A DNA stretch of 64,000 nucleotides from Halocafeteria seosinensis. Lineage: Eukaryota. Below, one piece after another: positions 59,625-64,000 of this stretch. The position numbers and the translations under genes were made by a program. The notes under the pieces were generated by a model. The model made no database searches. It saw only the letters and a list, made by a program, of their open reading frames with translations, and was not told the origin of the DNA. Numbering within the stretch: the stretch's first letter is position 1; the number at the start of each line of letters is the position of its first letter. The DNA lies in contig LVLI01000020.1 of assembly GCA_001687465.1 (NCBI GenBank), positions 1-64,000 on the forward strand, read 5' to 3'.

Positions 59625-60789
59625 ATGTCTGTCTCGCAACGAGCCGCTGGAGGCGCTTCGTCCAAATGCCCTTTCAGCACCATGAATTTATCCATGATGG
59701 CCGCTGGAGCTCTCGTAGGTGTTGCAGCACCTCCATTGGTCCGATACATCCGACGGCATTGCAGCAGATGGTGCTGCTCGGGAGCTGGGAAAGACGAGGA
59801 ACAACTGGTAGGTCAACTTGGTTCCATGTTTATTTGGAAGGTATATCTAAACGAGGTATGAATGCAATTCATAACAGAAAAAGGAGTCCAAATTGCAACG
59901 TGACGAAACGAAGAGTGGGATGCACCCACAGCTATTCAACTATATGTGTAAAGTTGGCACCAGACCCTCCAAAGGCCATGAAATAATCCGACAATATACG
60001 GAATCCCTTGGGCCGAGCAAGTCTGTCATGTGCATTAGCCCAGATGAGGGACAGTTCCTCAAATGGCTTGTGTCTTCGTTGGGATTCAAACGGGGAATCG
60101 AAGTGGGAGTTTTTACTGGATATGGGACACTCTCCCTCGCTTCTGGATTGCCCGCTGATGGAAAGGTAGTGGCTCTCGATATTACGTAAGTGATGCCAGT
60201 CAGAAAGAATATTAGACGATCGATTGTTTTAGTCGGGCTATTCGTTACTGTTCTTGCAGGGATGAATACGTAAAGCCAGCTGGGCTCGCCGCTTGGAAAG
60301 AAGAAAACGTTGACAAGAAAATTGGTATGTGTTCCGCCAACCACCATTTGACGTCCACCGCTCGTTGAGTAAGAATCATGTCTCTACATCAGATTTAAGA
60401 ATTGGGAATGCAACCGAGACCATGTCCGACATCCTTCAGAAGGAAGGAGAAGGGAGCTATGACTTTGTATTCATAGATGCGGATAAGACAAACTATGATA
60501 CCTACTATGAACGTGGACTGCAACTTGTCCGAAAAGGTGGAGTGATAATTGTCGATAATACCTTGTGGCAAGGGTATGTCGCGGATCCAAATATTAAAGA
60601 GGATGAATGCACGGTCGCAATTCGTTCTCTTAATGACAAGGTAAGAAAAATTCTCATGCATCGCGCAAGGAGAAAGCGTTGCTCAGTATATAATCCTGTG
60701 TTTGTTTCGAACAGATCTTCAATGATTCCCGTGTGGAGATTTCTATTCTGCCCCTAGCTGATGGAGTGACCCTCTGCAGAAAGGTTTAA
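59625..60789 (+). CDS. SAM-dependent O-methyltransferase (CCoAOMT/COMTD1 family); 4 introns
   Basis: [51 protein letters not shown]. Confidence 0.94.
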
Positions 60790-61238
60790 CCACTTCCGTT
60801 CTGTCTCCGTATAATTATAGCGCATCAATACAAGCATGATGCTCTGGTGAATACATACAAGAATGCTACACATTGATAGTCATCAAAGTGTATACGAATC
60901 TGGTCGCACACGAAGCATAATCAGCTACTCCATGCTTCAAAAGCTAATGCTAAAAAAAACAACGGTTTCAGAACATCATGCATGTGCTGATTGTCGGTAT
61001 CGAGAAAAAATTAACGATCCGTGACACTGTTCTATCCTCCCATGTACGGCACCATGCGCAAGGATAGAATTGCGACTAACATCTACAGCTATGCGGTCCA
61101 AGCTATTCTTGTATCCCGCGAATGTACTCCCTACTGGAGTTTCACCTAACCTGTGTTGTTCACACTGTGTGCTATCCTCACAAACGCAGCGAAGGATGGC
61201 ATATGAGACGCAGCTTCTACTATTTGTGATATGTATGC

Positions 61239-62043
61239 TCAATCACGCTTCTCATTGGTCGAGTTGTGGCTCTGTTGGGCATCTTGCTTACTGTTTTCGT
61301 CACCGTTTGTATCCTCGTTGCTCGAAGTATTGTATAACTTCCGGTGCACCACGGGGCAGAGAGCCAACACGGCCGGTATTCTAACAACTTCTGTGACATC
61401 GCCTACAATGTAGGCGAATACGGCAGAGACCTGCCACGATTTTAGTTGCATATCATCGGGCGTACTATACCTGCATCCTAATATACCGAGGAGCTGGTCA
61501 AAAGTACACGCGCACGACCATTCGACGCTGTAAAAACTTACCCAAAGAACGAGCTCACTCGTTCCTTTATATTTAAATAGTCCAACACTTGCAAGAGGTC
61601 TAATCCAAAATTGTCATTTAAGCGAAACACAATATACGCCGGAATGAGCGTCCCTAGGTAACTAACAGTGTATAAACCAAGGCCCAATCTCCTGCAGTGC
61701 AGTGACGAAATACAGTTCAAGCGAGAACGACCGAAAGAACTCCTTACTCACACAGTCTCACGTACCCATATTGAGCTATAATACTCCTAATTTTCCCCTT
61801 CTTCTTGCTACTGTCCTCGTTGGCATCACTCTCCCCGTTGGCCGTGACTTGCGAAGAGCTCCCCGAACTGGTCGATTTTTGGCGCTGCTGTAATACGCTT
61901 CCTCCATTGTACACGAGCTTCGGATAATGCTGAGAAGTTGCCAATAGTCTTGGAATCGTGTTGAGCTCCTGCCGTGTCAGTATGGGACTTTGGGCTCGTA
62001 TACAAGCGGAGATCACTAGGCAATGACGTATACGCCCTTGCAT
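61239..62043 (-). CDS. FAM210/DUF1279-like mitochondrial membrane protein; 2 introns
   Basis: Presequence-like N-terminus, KIRSIIAQYGRLGLGLY, FAYIVGDVTEVVRIPAVLALCP. Confidence 0.7.
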
Positions 62044-62225
62044 TGTCGCCTACGAGTTGGATAGATGTCAACTTCATTCAGTAGTTGTATAAAATGGCAT
62101 ATATTATTCAATCATAACACACTGTATCAGGCACAGATTAAACAAGAAAAGGAGAATTCTTCGTTTGTCTTGCCATACAAACCAGTCTAACAGGCATGCC
62201 ATAAGTACAACAAGAGGAAGCCAAG

Positions 62226-64000
62226 ATGTTCAAGTGCTTGCAGACAATGGTGCACAGGAGCTCGTCTCGATTCCTCAGTGGCTACAGATCTTTACGACAC
62301 AGAACGCACAGTCGCACAATTGTCTACAGAGGAATCCAAAGGGCCTTCAGTGTTACAGGGACAGGAGAACCGACAGATACAAGCAATACTGGAGATGGAT
62401 CCCACCAGGTGGAAATGTTTCGGAATCCCGTGGAGGGGAATCGGATGATGTCGTCGATTATTATTGACAACTTGGGAAATGTTGTCGAGAAGGAATTTGG
62501 CTGGAGGGAACTCAAAGATATCTCGGGTCTCCCGATACGAGATTTACTACGTCTGGAAGAGAAACATGATATACCGCAGTTCCATATCCTGCCCCGAAAC
62601 TCGTGCATCATGCTCTGTCTTTCGCACTTTCGAGCATTAGTCTTTGCGGAAGAAGTCATGATTTTCAACAAGAAAGGTACGGTACGGCCCCTTCCAGGAA
62701 GTATTACTGAACTTAACGAAACCTCTGTTGTCACCACAGGCAAACACGTGATGGGACTAACAACCAAGCTGAAGAGGGAGATACAAGTATATGCCAGACA
62801 TATATCTGCACGTTTTCACACCGATAAGGAGTCCATTCATACTAATGTTGACCCCATGCACCAAGATAGGGCACTGCAGGAGCGAATGAATGAAATTCGT
62901 ATGGAAATGCCATTTGAGTTTACCGTTTTGGACTTTTGCCTTCGAGAAATGATCAATATGTATGCCAACAGAGTGGTCATTATGCATCCGCTGGTACAAA
63001 ATGCATTGAGAGAATACGGTGTGGATGGTCACCATAGCGAAGCCAGCAGAAGACTGATAGCATTGTTTCCTCTTCGAAACACTCTGTATCATTTCGTTCG
63101 AGTGAACGAAAACATCGAACACGGGCTACGAGTAAGCTTGTTGGCTGGGCCGTCCAATGGAAGCGACTTGTAGTTTGTCATGCATAATGTTCACACTGTT
63201 GACGCAGAATCTCCTAAATGATGAGCAGTATCTTCGAGAAATGTGCCTGACAGAAAAGCATGTTGACCAAGGAGTGCTTGGTCGCCCCACTGAAGTGTCG
63301 CAAAATACCATTCTTTCCCTCGAAGCACTACTGGAGTCGCATCATCAAAAAGTGACCGAAACGCATCAGTCAGCGGATCAACTGTCCAGAAAAATATCTC
63401 TAAAACAGGAAACCATAAATCTACAAATGGATGCATACAGGAATTACGTGATGTCTAGGAGTCTGGAGATACAAATCGCTGGTGTTGGGATATCTGTCGG
63501 GACGTTTATTGTGGGCAGTTTCGGTAAGAGATACCATTCCCTACTGCCGTTGATAACCAAGCCCTGACATGTCTCATTTGCATTGTATCGGGACTTATTT
63601 TATCGTTGGCTGCGCAGGAATGAATCTCCAGAGTGGCGTCGAACACCTTCCTTACTCCATGTGGATTGCTTCGGTCGTTAGCGCACTAGTTGCGACTTCA
63701 TCCGCCTGGACGTACCTCCGGTATGTCAAGCGTATGTCTCCCGTACAAATACAGGGCCGCCGCGGAGATAATTTATGGAGGTTGCTGGATACGGGGACAT
63801 CGACTATCCTTAATAGTTCGGACACTACAGTGTCAGAAGAGCGGTTTCGGAAGCTGTGTAGAGACATCACAGGTAAGGACTGCACACACCTATCTCTGCG
63901 CGCTCATATTACATGGTGCCTGGTTCTACTCCTACAGGGCGCGAGCCATCAGACAATGAGATCCGGGTTGTATTCGATATTTTCGATGCTAATGGAGACG
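62226..64000 (+). CDS. MRS2: Mitochondrial Mg2+ channel (MRS2/CorA family) with a C-terminal EF-hand-like segment; runs off the window
   Basis: GLPIRDL, ILPR, PFEF.VL, EALLE, MDAYRN, spliced FGMNL signature, then VFDIFDANGD. Confidence 0.88.

Noticed and set aside
6092..64000. Non-canonical introns, introner repeats, altered genetic code or polyadenylation-created stops
   Set aside because: Every intron I could place is GT-AG with unrelated internal sequence, and all complete genes end in genomic standard stops.

Overview
Gene-dense eukaryotic DNA with short GT-AG introns (mostly about 55-80 bp). The gene style suggests a compact protist genome, possibly a stramenopile, but the taxon cannot be fixed from the sequence alone. 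Bases 1-5634 are a nest of decayed mobile elements: two chromodomain-coding fragments, a 5'-truncated CRE/SLACS-type RLE non-LTR retrotransposon, a hAT 5' end with a BED finger, a 247-249 bp tandem repeat, a 160 bp dispersed repeat and a 40 bp inverted repeat. Two related repeat families there share a covarying pseudoknot-plus-hairpin module. From about 6.1 kb on are about 22 genes, mostly housekeeping and mostly in alternating orientation: SPT6, cytochrome b561, an amino-acid transporter, a bile-acid/Na+ symporter, PNKP, a CCCH protein, a mucin-stalked subtilase, an ERG24-type sterol reductase, PRP31, a NEK kinase, OXA1/COX18, importin-5, mitochondrial ACP, PDI, clathrin heavy chain, an LRR protein, an O-methyltransferase, a FAM210/DUF1279 protein, MRS2 and three orphans. 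Convergent genes are separated by only 10-121 bp in most pairs, and one pair has overlapping stop codons. The best novelty candidates are (i) an unusually long, multi-helix intron in the ACP gene, with a second long structured intron in the clathrin 5' UTR that shares small motifs, and (ii) the conserved RNA-structure module at the 3' end of the chromodomain-bearing elements. All gene models and folds were read by eye; no searches were run.
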